In this document: positions 1-13,134 of the stretch, in pieces
Layout of the letters: each line of letters starts with the position of its first letter
Position numbering within the stretch: position 1 is the stretch's first letter
Assembly (NCBI RefSeq): GCF_009914755.1
Contig: NC_060925.1
Strand: one strand, 5' to 3'
From: the human T2T-CHM13v2.0 reference genome, Homo sapiens
Length of the DNA: 64,000 nt
Program-made: the position numbers and the translations under genes
Notes under the pieces: generated by a model
What the model saw: only the letters and a program-made list of their open reading frames with translations
What the model was told of the DNA's origin: nothing
The model's database searches: none

Positions 1-344
1 TTTCTATAAGGGATTGTTTTCCGGTAAAGGAGGAATAAGGGAAATACTTCAACAATAACTGCTCTGAGGGAGTGTGTCCAGGGAAATCATTATCTCTTAT
101 TGTGCCAATAAGTTTCAAGGCAACGAGCCAAGCTGTTCTCAAGCTGGAGCCTGAGCTACAGCTCTGAGGTCAAAACCTGCACCAAAAGGGAGTTCGTGTG
201 AGATGCCCCCTGGAGATGCCCAAACTGTCAGAGGCATGTTTGAGACCAACTGTTTTCCTCATTGTGGGGATCAAGGTTTTAAATTCTGTACTTCCAGGAG
301 AGAGCAGATATTATTGTAATAATGATAAAGGATAAGAACTGATA

Positions 345-470
345 TTACTGAGTCCTTGTTCTGTACCAGGCATTGTAATAGACACCTTGTGTATAATCTC
401 ATTTAAAACTCAGTAAGCAACAATGAGAGTATGATCATCTCCATTTACAGATGAGGAAACTAAGGGCAGG
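345..470 (-). mobile_element. MIR SINE fragment
   Basis: MIR core 'catttacagatgaggaaactaagg' preceded by 'ttactgagtcc..tgtaccaggcattgt'. Confidence 0.75.
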
Positions 471-1171
471 ATCCACCTGGGTTTGCCTGTTTACAGAGCT
501 TAGTTTTCGCCCATGCTGTGATGGCAAGACATCCACTCAGCCCAGCTAGTATTCCCATTTCCTGAGTATGTCTTACGTGCTCAGCAATGTTTTCAGGAAG
601 AATGAGGCATGCTCTCCCCTGCAACTTCTCTCAAGGAATTTATTGGAAAGACAAAACTAACTCGGAAGAAACAAGCATCATATTAGGTGCTGAACTGGCC
701 AAACTGGAAATAAGCACAATTTCAGTAAGAGTGTTAGGGTGTGGCAATATTATTACAAATTGGAAAATCATCCACAGATTTTAGAAAGAAAAGAAATGGG
801 ATATAAGCCCACAGAACAATATAGTCTTAGAGTAATAAAGGATTTGGATATCTTGTGTAATTTTCCCTCTTTTACAGAGGAGGAAATGAAGGCTCAGAAT
901 GGTTAAGTCACATGGTTTTACTGGAAGAGAGGTGTCTCTAGTAGTCTGTATTCCAGCATTTACTATTAACTCCCAAACTATCTCATGACTCCCATCCTTC
1001 CTCCTTAAAGGTGGAGAATATGGGGACCAATAAAGGCCTTCCCTACCACTCTACACCAAGTCTCTGTGTATTATATGGGAGAAAGAAGGCCAGAGGGAGC
1101 ACATGGCAGGGGAAAACATTTAAGATGCTAGCCTGTTACCTGGCAGTGTTTTTAAAACAGTGACAGTTGCA

Positions 1172-1174
<3 letters not shown>

Positions 1175-1220
<46 letters not shown>
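1175..1220. repeat. (AC)23 microsatellite
   Basis: 46-bp uninterrupted AC dinucleotide run. Confidence 0.98.
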
Positions 1221-1225
<5 letters not shown>

Positions 1226-2008
1226 AAATAAAAAAGAGGTAGCTTTCTTTCCTTATCTCAACTTTCAGAAGTGTTGAGTGCGTGTTGGGGATTGGGCACT
1301 CACAGGGGTTCTCGCCTGAATTTGCAGATTTTATTTCTAGTTAGAATAGGGTATCTGGCTGGACCTGCCTGACTTTTCTTCTAGTTTTAGTTTTCTAATG
1401 CTTAGAGGGGCTCTTCTCAGTTCTCCCATCCATGGATCGTGGTGGGCTTTGCTGACAGGAGAACGCTGTGGCTGTTAACATGATTTGATTTGCATCCTGA
1501 TTCGGTTCCCCAAATGTCTTCCGGATTCAGAAGTCACATGCAGGACATGTTGCCTTTGGAGAGTCCTTCCCTGGGCTAAGTTTGTCAACTCTCTGTTAAA
1601 AATGAAGACTCTTGGAGGGTAGGTGTTTGGGTGAAGTAATTGATCAGAGCCTCTCCCAGGAAGCAAGAGATAAAGCACCTGCCTGGTGGAGCCTGGGAAG
1701 GGAGGTGGGGAGGGAGGTGGTGACGGTGCCCCGGGGTTCCACAACTCACAGAGGGCCATATTTGCACCTGATGTGCCCAGGTCCCAGCAGGGGGAAGGCA
1801 GGTGGGTCTGTTTGGCTCTTTTAAAAGCACCCGTGTTGCTCCCCTGTGGAAGCCACTCTCCTGGTGGCCCCCTAAAGAGGCAGCTTCGCAGTTAGGATGA
1901 GGCCTCCGGGGCTGCACTAGGGAACTCAAGTGTCAGAAGGTTCTAAGGGAAATAGCGCTTGGAAAGCAGGATTCCACGGTGGCAAAAGTCTGGAGGGTCG
2001 TGTGGGGA

Positions 2009-2016
2009 TGACGTCA
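2009..2016. promoter_or_regulatory. Full palindromic CRE (TGACGTCA) in a mildly CpG-enriched segment
   Basis: Exact TGACGTCA with its CpG intact; several CpGs in 1720-2070; function not shown. Confidence 0.3.
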
Positions 2017-3230
2017 AAGGTCACCAGGCTATCGCTTCCTCGTGGAAACATAAACCTGGACAAACGACAGACATATTTAGATTTTTAAGCAAGTTCCTGA
2101 TTATAAAAGTAATTCCTGATCACTGTAGGAAAAAAAAAGGAAAAAAAATTCTTATCCAAAATTTCACCAGACATAAATCACCAGTTACTACTTTTGTGAT
2201 TTTCCATCTTTTTAATATGTGCATTTGTATATGTATTATATTTTTATAGAATAGTCATACTATATTATTTTGTAACTTGCTGTCTAATTAATATTGTATT
2301 TGTTTCACTAAATTTCTTCATTAATGTAAAATGGATTCATTAATAGAATTTAAATATGTTTATCCACATATGACATAGATGTACCATTCATTTGACTATT
2401 TCTTGGTTGTTTAGCATTTAGGCTATTTTCATTTTTAGGTGTACAAATATTTGTCGACATTTATAATTTTTTTACACTAAATTAATGAATGTGGGATTAC
2501 TAAAATAAAGAATGTCAATTTGTTAGTATATAGTAGAAAAATAAGAACACAGAGAAAAAATTGAAATGGAGGAGGAGAATTAAAATCATCCTTAATTCTA
2601 CTATCCAAAGCAGGTCCATTCCTAACATTGTCATGATCTGAGGCGGGAGTATAAGTAAAAGTCCATATACCACGTATAAATGTCTAGGAGTTCTAAATCC
2701 TGCAAACAAATTGTTAAATGAAATACTTTCTATTCTTACCTTTGTAACAATCTAGAATTTCAGGTTCAAATGAAGCACTCAGACTCCTTGTAGGTCCTTG
2801 ATAGAACGCAGTGGGATGCAGAGACCTGACCTCTGGCCTTGGCCACCTCCTTTCTCACTTCTGGTCTCCTAAGTCTTTGTCCTCACGCCCACCATGAGAG
2901 GTTTGTGTTGCATGTGTTGGCACTCAGTCCCATGTACCAGCTTTGTCCACACCCGTGCAAACAGCCCCTTCTTGGCTACCTGTTGAGTCGGGGCGTGCAA
3001 ACCAACAGCACAATCACCCTCACAAAGAGATGGCTGGAAAGAGGCTTGTGCATCCCCGGAAATGGTTTAACAGTGCTTTGAATTCCAGGGAATTCCAGGT
3101 GCTGGGGGCTAGAGTGTGCACTAGGAGGAAAATGGGCTAGGGCATCAGGTGGGTTTATCTCTTTGGCCTTGCAAAGTCTTTGCCCTGTGGAGAGAAGCAG
3201 GTTGGACCAGGGCCAGAATGAAGCCATCTA

Positions 3231-3310
3231 TAGGTTGGTGCAAAAGTAATGGCGGGTTTTTGCCATTACTTTCAATGGCAAAACCCGCCATTACTTTTGC
3301 ACCAACCTAA
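3231..3310. mobile_element. MADE1 MITE (Hsmar1-derived; miR-548-type hairpin)
   Basis: TAGGTTGGTGCAAAAGTAAT...ATTACTTTTGCACCAACCTAA; 36/37-bp inverted arms, 6-nt spacer, TA flanks at 3229-30 and 3311-12. Confidence 0.97.
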
Positions 3311-3924
3311 TAAATTACAAGGATGGATCCATGTCTAGGGGTGATATAATCCAAATAAAACCCAAAATAAAATTTGAGAGTATAACCTTTCAGATGCTTT
3401 TCTACCCTTTCCATGAGATTGCTCTGTATGTTATTTTATAATCTTCTGTAAAAACCAGCGATATTGTAAACATATTTCTAAGTTGAGGAATATACATACA
3501 TGAACTTTTTCAGTCAGATTTTGTAAAGTATCTTCGAGTACGGTTTTACATTCTCATCAGCCATACCTTGTCTTAAACCACGCCTTTGTTTACACTGAGC
3601 ATTTTAATGTTGTTTCATTGTTCACATGATAAGCAAAAAATGGCATTTTACTGTGGAGTCGCAGTGAGGTTGCACCTGGTTCTGTACGTTCCTGAGCCAG
3701 TTTGTTTTCTATTTCATGCACCAGCTCTTCACATCCTTTGTCTACTTATTGGAAGCCATTCCAAATGTGCTTTCGAAGGCCTGAAGAAAGGAGAAGTGAT
3801 GGCAGACTAATGGTGGAAACTGATAAACGACAGATGAGGAGCTGAGGATGCCCCATCCCTGTTTGGTCAAGAACTATTGCTTTGCCTGAGAGCACTGAGA
3901 CGTGGAAGAGTCCCCAGAGGGAAA

Positions 3925-4046
3925 CCAGGGAAACGAGTCGTCTGTTTGCAAGAGCGAGGAGGAGATTTGGCGGAAACCTCGACCATCAGGGACACGAGAT
4001 CTGCCTCCACAGAGGAAGCACAGGCGACTCGTTTCCTGACCCCTGG
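3925..4046 (+). other. Unannotated long imperfect hairpin
   Basis: 17-bp stem 3929-3945/4020-4036 (one G.U) plus 11-bp inner stem 3958-3968/3997-4008 (one bulge, one G.U). Confidence 0.7.
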
Positions 4047-5561
4047 CCATCTTAGGGCTTCCTATATAATGATTCAGCCTTTCTCCCTCAGGAAAATATA
4101 ATTTGGCTTGTGACCTTGAAGTTTATTCCTATCCTGGAAGGTGATTATAGTCTGGAACACACTCCCCAGGGCAGTAATTGTTTAAGGGGCTTCCCTCATC
4201 CTGGATGGCAGGAAAACAATACATTACATATGTCGGCTGACCACACATGTGAGCAATTCAGGTAGGAAAACATCATTCTCTGAGGGTCAGTTTGCTCCGG
4301 TGGGACATATTTGTTTTTGCAAGGATTCAGCCAATCAAGTCAATTGGAGTCAACTGCATTTGCTCGCAGGAACAATGAAGACCCTTTCCTGTTCTTGAGT
4401 CCATTTGCTGGATACATAGACTCAAGTGACATCCAAATGTGTGAAACATTTCCTATTTCTGATAATTTTTTTGGGGGGTTGCATATATGGGGTTACACCA
4501 TAAATGCTTGTATAATATCTTATCCTCACTGCATCATGTGTGAATCTAAGCCATGCTTCCCAACAATATTGCAAGCTTTTTTGGGACTGGTCTTCTGTCT
4601 CTTTTATTCTTCCTCAGTTTTGTTGGTAGTGGGGCCAGAGGGAATACTTCTTTCCCACTTTATTTTCTTTTATGTGGAGGGAACAACATTTTGTAATGTT
4701 CTGGCCTCTCTGTCTCTTCTCTAGAGACTGGAATTCTTTTCTAGGAGAGCAGAAATAACCCATCTGCTTGGAAATTTGAGATAAATTTCTTCTGTCTTCT
4801 TCTTGGGACCGAGCTGCCCCCATGAAGCACATGTTTTTCTCGGCTCACCCATGCTGCAGTTTTTACAGGGTAGGCTCCACATGTGTGTTTGTTGGGGAGG
4901 GGTGGATAAGGAGTAAACCTGAAATTGAGGAATTATCCAGCCCACTCCCTAGGACTTGCCAACTCACTCTGCAATGGAGTATTTCCTAACGTGTGCTTCT
5001 CCTAATGCTCTTATTCCATGAAATGACAATAGGTGTTATCCAGGAAAGAGGAGGGATCTTACGTAGTCATGTAAAGTTGGGAAGAGCTATGTCAAACAAA
5101 GTTAAACTTGGTACACACCACAGGACTTCTCAGAGCCTTGGGTGTGCTAATGTGCGTTTTGCATCTTGTATTTAGCTCTTGAAGCTCCTTGGCGGAGTTG
5201 CTCCTGTGACTAAAGCTTATAGTCCTCATTTCTGTCCTCAAGTCTTGGATGATTCTCAGAATACACTGCGAAAGCCAAGAATTTATACTTGGAGCCATCA
5301 AACTGAATCTCACTGAAATGGTGAAATGTTATCACTATTATAAGGTGTGAAATAGGTGGGAGGGAAGGTGGCCAATGGCATTTATAGTAGAGCCTCCTTC
5401 CTGGAGAAACCTCAGCAACAGAGGGGCTGAGAGATGAGGTAGTAAGCCTGTGATGAATTTGTGCAGAAACCAGATGGATAGACCAGGCCAGATACAAAGG
5501 AGGAGGGAAGACACAGCTTCTGTCCTTAAGGTGCTCTCAGCTGAGTGAGAACATCCCTAGG

Positions 5562-5750
5562 TCAGCAGCTCTCAGATGTGGCCCCTCAGCCAGAAGCATC
5601 AGCAGCACTGGGAACTTGTTGGAAATCCAGATTCTTGGGCTCCACCCCAGACCTACTGAATCTGAATCTCTGGGTGGTGGAGCCCAGCAATGTGTGTTTA
5701 ACAAGCCTTTCAAGGAATTCTGATGCACACTCAGGCTTGAGAACCACTTG
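5562..5750. mobile_element. MER5A (hAT-Charlie)
   Basis: 'agcatcagcagcactgggaacttgttggaaat..ccccagacctactgaatc..tttaacaagcc..ttctgatgcacac..ttgagaaccact'. Confidence 0.9.
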
Positions 5751-8344
5751 TGCTACATAATCTCCAAGTCTGCAGGGTTCAATTAGAACTCCTGCATCAT
5801 ACCTTTCTATGATTAATTACTTTACTTTCAAAATTCATAATTTACTTTCAACATGAATTTTGTGAATTAAAGGACTTTAGAAATTTTGAGACCATATGAC
5901 ATGGGGTAAGAGCCGAGGGCCTGAAATAGAAGGCCCAAGTATAGTCTCAGTGGCTGGGGGTCCTTCAACAATTCATTTCAGTTTCCTCTTCAGTAGAGAG
6001 ATTAATGGCTACCTTCCATGGTTTATGAGATTACATAAAAGGTAATTGAGAAAATGTACATAAAGTTGCTGCAAAAACTGTCAAGTGTCTCACATGTGTA
6101 GAGATAGATTTTGAGTCAATACTGTTTGAATCTTATTTTGGCAAAATGTAGTCCATTTCTCTCCAATTAATTATAGTCTCAGTATAAATCCAAAGTTCTT
6201 TTGGATTCAGGCATAGCTTTTACCCTGAGACTTCATATTAAAATAACCACTTGGGTTTTAATGAGAACTCCGGGGGCTCCTTTCTTTCTAACATACATCA
6301 TGAAGTATATTTGCCTCGGCAAGAGAAGGTGTACATATCTTTATCAACTTGCTCTTCCTGTAACCTTTACCTTCTCCTTCAGAGAATAAAAAGAAAATGT
6401 ATTTTCTGCCTTTTTATACCATTTTCCAAACAAAGCCCAGTGTGATGAGAATTGAGGAAATCAACACTTCTTTCCCTTGGGATGGTGACTCTCATCGCTT
6501 TTATGTCTGCGGGCATTGCATTGATTGCCCATGTCATCAGCAGCTGTAACTGACTCTCTCCCAACTCCCTCTCCCCAACCATCCAAGAAAGCATTTGCTG
6601 GGTAGAATTCATTAAGATGTCAGCACATTTTCACTGGACCGTTATTATGAATGAAGGAAATGAACAAAGTTGGCCTTGTGAGTTAGAGGAATTGGTGGCC
6701 CCTGAGTGGAATAACTTTTGAGATAATTTTCTCTGTCCCAAAATTGCACCAGCATCACTTGTGCCGGACTCTCCACCACCAGATCACTCCTCCTATAGGT
6801 TGATCTTTGTCATTTCTGCTATTTACTATGAAAAGAAAGCACCAGTCACGATCTACCTCCTTGTGTCGATGAGATTTGGACTAGAGTCATGTTTCCTGGA
6901 GCAGTGTGCAAGCTCCAGTTAACACTTAAGACACATTGAGGCAAAATATTAAAGAAATCTTTTTAAGGCCCAGAAAGGGACTGTGGTGGACATCAGACTC
7001 TAGCCTCTTGTCTACTTTATAAAACACTATCACTGGCATTAGAACTGATACCATAATTGGCAGTGTCCAGTCTTGCAGTAAAAATGTATCTATTATCCTC
7101 TCCTTTCTTAAGCTTCTCTAATGGTGAACTTAAAGGCAGAGGACCTCTACTTGCAAACAAAGGCTTGAAGAGTAACTATGAGCTTGCTGCACGTGACCAC
7201 AGTGCTTCAGTGTCCCTGTGCTAAAGTCACACAGTCTGGGCAAAGCAGGGCAAAGGGCAAGTTGGCTGGGCCCAGACAGGAGACTCCCACCTCAATTGCC
7301 CAGGTGGGACTATTCTTACATGTACCAGGAAAACCACCCTAAGGCTAGTGCATCTGGTTCGCTCATTTAAGTTCACTGTGCTCCATAAGCCTTCACCAGA
7401 TGACAACAGGCATTTTTCACAGCTGCAAGGAATAAATGTCCAAGACAGCAGAGCATGGGCTTTTACTGCGGCTGGGTGGAGGAAAGATCTTCCCCTCTGA
7501 TGTGAAAGACGACCAGTGAGGTTCTGTTTGATCCTCATTATTTCTGGACGTGTGTCTGTCACCAGCCAAGTTCACCAAGTCACAAAGCCATTGACTGAGT
7601 ACAGCTGCTTTATCCGCAGCTACAATAGTAGCTGAGGATCCTGCCTCCCAGAGAGGTGAAGTGGCTCACCCAAAGTCACACAGCAAAATAACAACAGTCC
7701 TAGAGGTAACATCTAGTCCTTGGGATCCCCATTCTAGTTTCTTTAGGAATTACATGGATGTGAGGAGACCTAGACCAGGAAAGGTGCCCCCAGGGCAAGA
7801 AGTTTTGAGAGTCCTGTGTACCACTACGGTTTCTACAGAGAGTGAATCCAGATGACCAATAACCCAGCTTAAGAGAATAAGTTAATAGCCCACTCCTAAT
7901 TCTGAGAGCCACACCTTTGATAGCAGTGCCTGAGTCTGTTGCAAAGCACCTTTACTGTTTTTGCTCAAAACCAGAACTCTGAGGGTCTCTTTGGCAGTAG
8001 AAATTAACATCCCCCTCCACCATCTTATCTGATGTTTTGTAAATCTTGTTCCAGTCGGCCTGCCTCATCTCAGCATTATTCCCAATTCCCAAACTCCTGG
8101 AGGGCAGAAATCACTTCTTTATTTCTTGGTTTCCTATGTCCTTGTCCTTGTGCCTTGCTCTTAGCAGCTGTTTCCTTTTGAATGATGGCAATGGGAGAGA
8201 GCTGGTCAGCTTGGAAGAAGTGTCCCACACTGCCCTAGAAGTTTGCCATGGCAGAACCTGAGTCAGGGACAAGACTGGGCTCTTTCAGCCTGTGGAAGAG
8301 GAGCTTGCAAACCTTCAGGATTGTGATCCACAGGAGGAGATGCA

Positions 8345-8502
8345 TTTTATTTTATTTTTTACTTATTTATTTTATTTTAGTTAATTGAGACACAGGTCTT
8401 ATGATGTTGCCTGGGCTGGTCTTGATCTCCTGGTCTCAAAAAATTCTCCTGCTTCGACCTCCCAAAGTGTTGGGATTACAGTCATAAGTCACCATGCCCA
8501 GC
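8345..8502 (-). mobile_element. FLAM / Alu left monomer
   Basis: T-rich tail, then 'gttgcctgggctggtcttgatctcctgg..cctcccaaagtgttgggattaca..caccatgcccagc'; single arm. Confidence 0.9.
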
Positions 8503-9619
8503 TGGAAATAGATTTTATATCATTGTGTGTGTGTCCCCAAAACCTGATGACACCATACTATTCCTATGTGTGATGTGCTGACACTTCTATTCCATTCTAT
8601 TTTGTTAAAACAATTGCTATTTGTGACCTGGTAAGTTGATTTTACATTCTGTTGACAGGTCACAGCCACACAATTTGAGAAACACTGCCACAGAGAACAC
8701 ACCTTCAGCTCCCCCAATGGGGTATGGGGAAGTGTGGGAGGCTGTCAAGGGGAGAGGCTGCAGTTTCAGACAGCCCAGGCAGGCTGCTTCAGGGGCTCTG
8801 GAGCCAGCAGCACATGGAAGGAACAGTACAGGGGCTTTTGCATTGGCCAATGTCCTTGTTATGTGGATAAACAGAAGACACCAGCCTTCAGTGCCTGCAA
8901 TCTGCTACCTTTCAAGAGCTTTCCAACTCAGCCTGAGAGAGGAAGGAAGGAAGGCTTGATGAGAAAGAAGAGTGCCACCTCCTCTGCCCGACATGCCTTC
9001 AGCACTGCAGGCTGGTTGTGGCTGAGGCTTTCTTTCACCATCAGGAAGCCTGTTAAGAGCAAGACATCTTGCAGAAGGGCCAGGATGGAGGATGAATGAT
9101 TTGGTGGCACTTGGCCCCCAGGCAGCCCTCCTCCCTAGCTGGTGCCTCCCTCCATCACCGTGTGTTCCACAGAACGCGCCATCTGGGGGCCTTGCTGCAG
9201 GAGGTGGCTGGAACTTTGCAAGCCAGCTGAGCTGCTGCTAAGACAGAATGTGTCCCTGTGAGAATGTACACCAAGTCCAGGGGGAGGCATCCAGCCTGCT
9301 TCCCTTTGAGAAGGCTCTGCCAGTCTCCATGGGGACTTGAGAGACCAATTCCCTACAAGGGGTGGCTGGCAGAGGTTGGGGGAAAGCATGCCACCTTAGT
9401 GACTGTTCTGGGGGAGGGGTAGGTAGGGAAAATGATTTCTAAAAGGAAGGCCAGCCAGTTGACTAACTTTAGTTCTTCACCCAAAGTGGGCAAAACCCCT
9501 CATGGGGCAAGTGCTTGAATGAATCCTTTTGTACTGTGTGTCCCTTCTCCTCCCTCACAGCAATAGGCTGGAGTTTGGGAAAGGGCATGATTGGGAAGGT
9601 GCTGTAAGCAAAGTGCAAG

Positions 9620-9990
9620 GCATGGCCCCAGCTTCTAAGGAGCTTACACTCAAATCAGAAAAAGGATATTAAAAACAGGAAGCTATTAGTGCACAGTACA
9701 TGAGAGAATGTAAGCAAATGCTGCGCTAAGTGGGACAGAATGTAAATGCTGCAGATCAGGAAGGGGAGGTCTGTGGGGGCTGAGCTGGTCAGGCGCCTCT
9801 TGCAGAGGCACTGGTGGGAAGAAGAAAGGCCATCTAAGGGCAGGGCGGGGCAGGACAGCAGGAGCCTGGAGCTGGAGCCCAGAGGATGAGAAGACCACTG
9901 CGGTGGGCACCGCTGATGCATGGCAGGGAGTAAGGAGGTGTTGGGCTGGAGGTCGAAGAAGTTGCTGGAGACCCTTGATGCCCAGCTGAT
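9620..9990 (-). mobile_element. L2 LINE fragment
   Basis: 'ccccagcttctaaggagcttaca..' followed by purine-rich L2-like sequence. Confidence 0.5.
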
Positions 9991-10023
9991 AAATGTCCTT
10001 AAGGAATTTAAAATCCAGAGCCT

Positions 10024-10149
10024 AGCTGAGCATGGTGGTACATTCCTGTAATCCTAGCTATTAGGGAGGCTAAGGTAGGAGGATCGCTTGAGCCCAGGAG
10101 TTTGAAGCCCACCTGGCAACATAGTGAGACCCTGTCTCTAAAAAATAAT
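10024..10149 (+). mobile_element. FLAM_A-like Alu monomer with TSD
   Basis: Single Alu arm with A tail; TSD AAAATCCAGAG at 10010-10020 and 10150-10160; TT|AAAA target. Confidence 0.92.
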
Positions 10150-10384
10150 AAAATCCAGAGGCTTAATAGCTACGTAACATAGTGGCATATATGGCACACA
10201 CAACAGGTATACATACTATAGCATGAGGTGGGCACCCAGGGTGGGCAGGGGATACCTGTGGCAGGAAAACTACTGTAAGAAATCTCCTGGGATTGGGATA
10301 AACTTCCAGAGGCTGAGGGCATTGAGAGCCCCTGACCCAGAAGGGCAGTTCTGTGAGCAGAAGCAGGGCATGATAAAGGGACCA

Positions 10385-10575
10385 TGGGTTCTGGAGGCAC
10401 AAAGGCCTGCATTCATATCTCTGCTCTGCCAGTTTTGAGCTGTGGGATGTTGTTAACCTCTGTGGACCTCAGTGTCCTCACTGGTAAGAAGGGACACAGC
10501 ACAATAACTCATGTGAATCACCTATCACATGTCAATATGATAGGTCTGACACGTTCTTAGGATAACTTTTGTTAT
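10385..10575 (+). mobile_element. MIR
   Basis: 'tgggttctggaggc..ctctgctctgcca..gctgtg..ttaacctctgtggacctcagtgtcctca'. Confidence 0.7.
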
Positions 10576-11749
10576 TTTACTACTTCATTTCTGTTTCTTT
10601 AGCCTGGCCCCTATCTCCTAAGACAAAATTACAGGCTGCTGTAAAGTTCACTGTTTCTGGGAGTCACCCAGGGCTATGTCACATGGGATCACTACATGGT
10701 GGCTACTTGGCATAATTTCCCTTCTGTGCTGGCAGGTGGGGGGTGTCACCACATCTAATGACAACCATATTCTGCCAGGTCCCACTGCCAGGCACCAGAA
10801 ATGGGCCCCACTAAAGTCAACTGTGTTTGCTTTAGCCAAATGTATGTAACTGACACCAGGGATAGGAGAGGCCAAGTGAGGCATTGACCTGGTTGTGGAG
10901 ATGGAAGGAGGGGCATCAACCTGGCCTTATTCTGTTAATTTGAAATGTACTGAGGGCCTTCTCCAGCTTAGAATTATGCTACCTATGTGCTGCTGTATTG
11001 GGGACACAAGCCATTTACCCATCAGATAGTTAAATATTGGAAGCTTATTATGAGTGGGTTATGAAAGCATAAATGCTTTAGATAATCCATGAAAGGAGGA
11101 TTTTATTTTTAAGGGGAATGTTGAGTAGAAAATGCACATGCTCTTGTGAGAGATGAAAGTATGTCCCTACTGACTCCCTTTCCCATAGGCATTGTTGGTA
11201 CCTGCTCTGTCCTCACTTCTGAGGGACCTGTTGAGTGGCTGTTGATTAGTGCCGACCAGTTGGTTCATGAGAACAAAGACATTTCACTATCCTAAAGCCT
11301 AGGATGGAAGGAAAGAGATGCTCTAAAGAATGAGATTTTTCTTATTGCTCTAGCTCTATGTCTCCATCGAGGAGATTTAGACAGAGGGGTCTTCTCAGAA
11401 TGAAAAATGTGAGAGGGGCTAGAAATCAGGGAATTGCTATCTGCAGCCTTGTTTCTTTGTGGAATTGGTTCTTCCTTGTGATTTATTTTTCCACTTTGAT
11501 ATATTTCATTCATTCATCCCACAATTCATTTATGGCATTTCATCAACATGCCACTGTGAAAAACTGGGCCAACTTAATTTTTTTTCCTTTAGCACTTAAA
11601 AAATTTCCCCAAGTTGTTACATTAGGTTATTTTCCCTTCCAAAAGGTGTTTCTTTATTTGAAATGGATTATAAAAAGCAATAAACTGGAGGATAGGAAAA
11701 AAAATGAACTCTACAATGATCCCAGTGTAACTTACATTTAGTTAGCAGC

Positions 11750-12045
11750 ATGAATAATATCAAAACAATGTGTCTGATCATACCCACAACTCCTTTGAGA
11801 ACACTGAATGAGATCACGTGCATAAAAGCACTTTGGCAAGTATGGAGTGCTCAGGAGGGGATTTTCAGGAGCAAAATGGGAAGCTCTCAGGCTCAGGGGT
11901 CAGACACCTGGGTTGAAATCCTGACTTCATTACTTACTGACCCTGTGACTTTTAGGAAGTTATATATTCCTATAAGTTGGGGATTATGCATGTAGAGAGG
12001 TGTTTAGGATACTGTGGGTGCAGTGAATGGTAACCATTATTATGC
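11750..12045 (+). mobile_element. MIR fragments
   Basis: 'aatgagatcacgtgcataaaagcactttggc' and 'gtcagacacctgggttgaaatcctgacttcattacttactgaccctgtgac'. Confidence 0.7.
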
Positions 12046-12509
12046 AAAGGCAAGGCATTACTATAATCACTAGAATGAGTATTATTTTTATTCAGCCTTG
12101 GAATGAGTCATGTGGCCTTTCCGCAACCTTCTGAATGATATTTCATTTGGGTTAATATCAGAATGTGATGGTATTCCAGGACTACTGATGTTAGTGGGTG
12201 GTAAGGTCATGGAGTGCAAAGTATCAAGAGGAAGTTCTTCAAGGTTAAACCTTGGCAGGGGAAAATGCATGAAGTGGCTAAAATTTAATTTTTCCATAAT
12301 TGAAAACCCTTATGGTGAGTTGACTTTAGTTCATAAAAGTTTGTGTCACTTGCTATATACCAGGTTGGAGGGATACAAAAAATAAACCTCAAGAGGTACC
12401 TGACCAGAGGAGGTAGATGTGAAATCACAGAATAATGTGGGGAGTGCAGTGATGGCGACACACACGTGGCTTATGAGTAGAAGAGAGCAAGGACATATAA
12501 ATCCACAAT

Positions 12510-13055
12510 AGTATATTCTTGGTCACTAGTCACAGAAAGCTTGAGTAAAGATGGCTTAAACAATAAAGAGATGTATTATCTTCCATAGAAAGAAGCTCTA
12601 ATTTAGGAAAGCTCAGAGTTGATTAGTGACTCAACAAAGACCCAGGTTCTTTTTATCTTCACTCTGCCATCCTCACTCAGAATGTTATCTAGATCTTCTC
12701 ATGATCACAAGACAGCTGCAGTAGCTCCAGGGATCACATAACAACAGATTAACATTCCAAGGACAGATAAAGGCCTGTATCTCTCATGTGCATCTCTTTT
12801 TAAGAGTGAAGAAAACTTTCCTAGAAGTACCTACTCTACACAGCAGACTTCTTACATTTCCGAACCAGGTTACCTGGCTGCTTATAAAAAATAACAGCAA
12901 AGGGAAGGACAACACCAAGGATTGCATTTACATCTATTAAAATCCACACACACCACTGGGGGCAAGAGGAGACCTTAAAATAAAATTGGAGCTTTGTGAG
13001 CACTAAAGAAAATAAATGTGGGTTTTTAGATAGGTAGCCAAGAGAGTCTGCAACA
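12510..13055 (-). mobile_element. MLT1 (MaLR) LTR, old J/K/L type
   Basis: 'tggcttaaacaataaagagatgtattatc..agacccaggttc..ctctgccatcct..gacagctgcagtagctccag..aaaattggag..gtctgcaaca'. Confidence 0.75.
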
Positions 13056-13134
13056 GCATCTCACTAATTCAGCCTTGGAGAGAGTGGGGATTAGGAAGGT
13101 CTCAGGAGGAGGTAATACCTAAGGTGAGACTAAA

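Noticed and set aside
1852-1885. CTCF-like motif
   Set aside because: Several core mismatches; cannot be supported without PWM or ChIP data.
3080-3099. 10-bp tandem duplication GAATTCCAGG x2 (a similar one lies near 33584-33603)
   Set aside because: Ordinary slippage duplication; not an array and not CRISPR.
3586-4101. ORFs and a candidate exon around the 3.9-kb hairpin
   Set aside because: All frames are short with no recognisable homology.
10520-10545. 8-bp inverted repeat ACCTATCA..TGATAGGT
   Set aside because: Length is within chance expectation.
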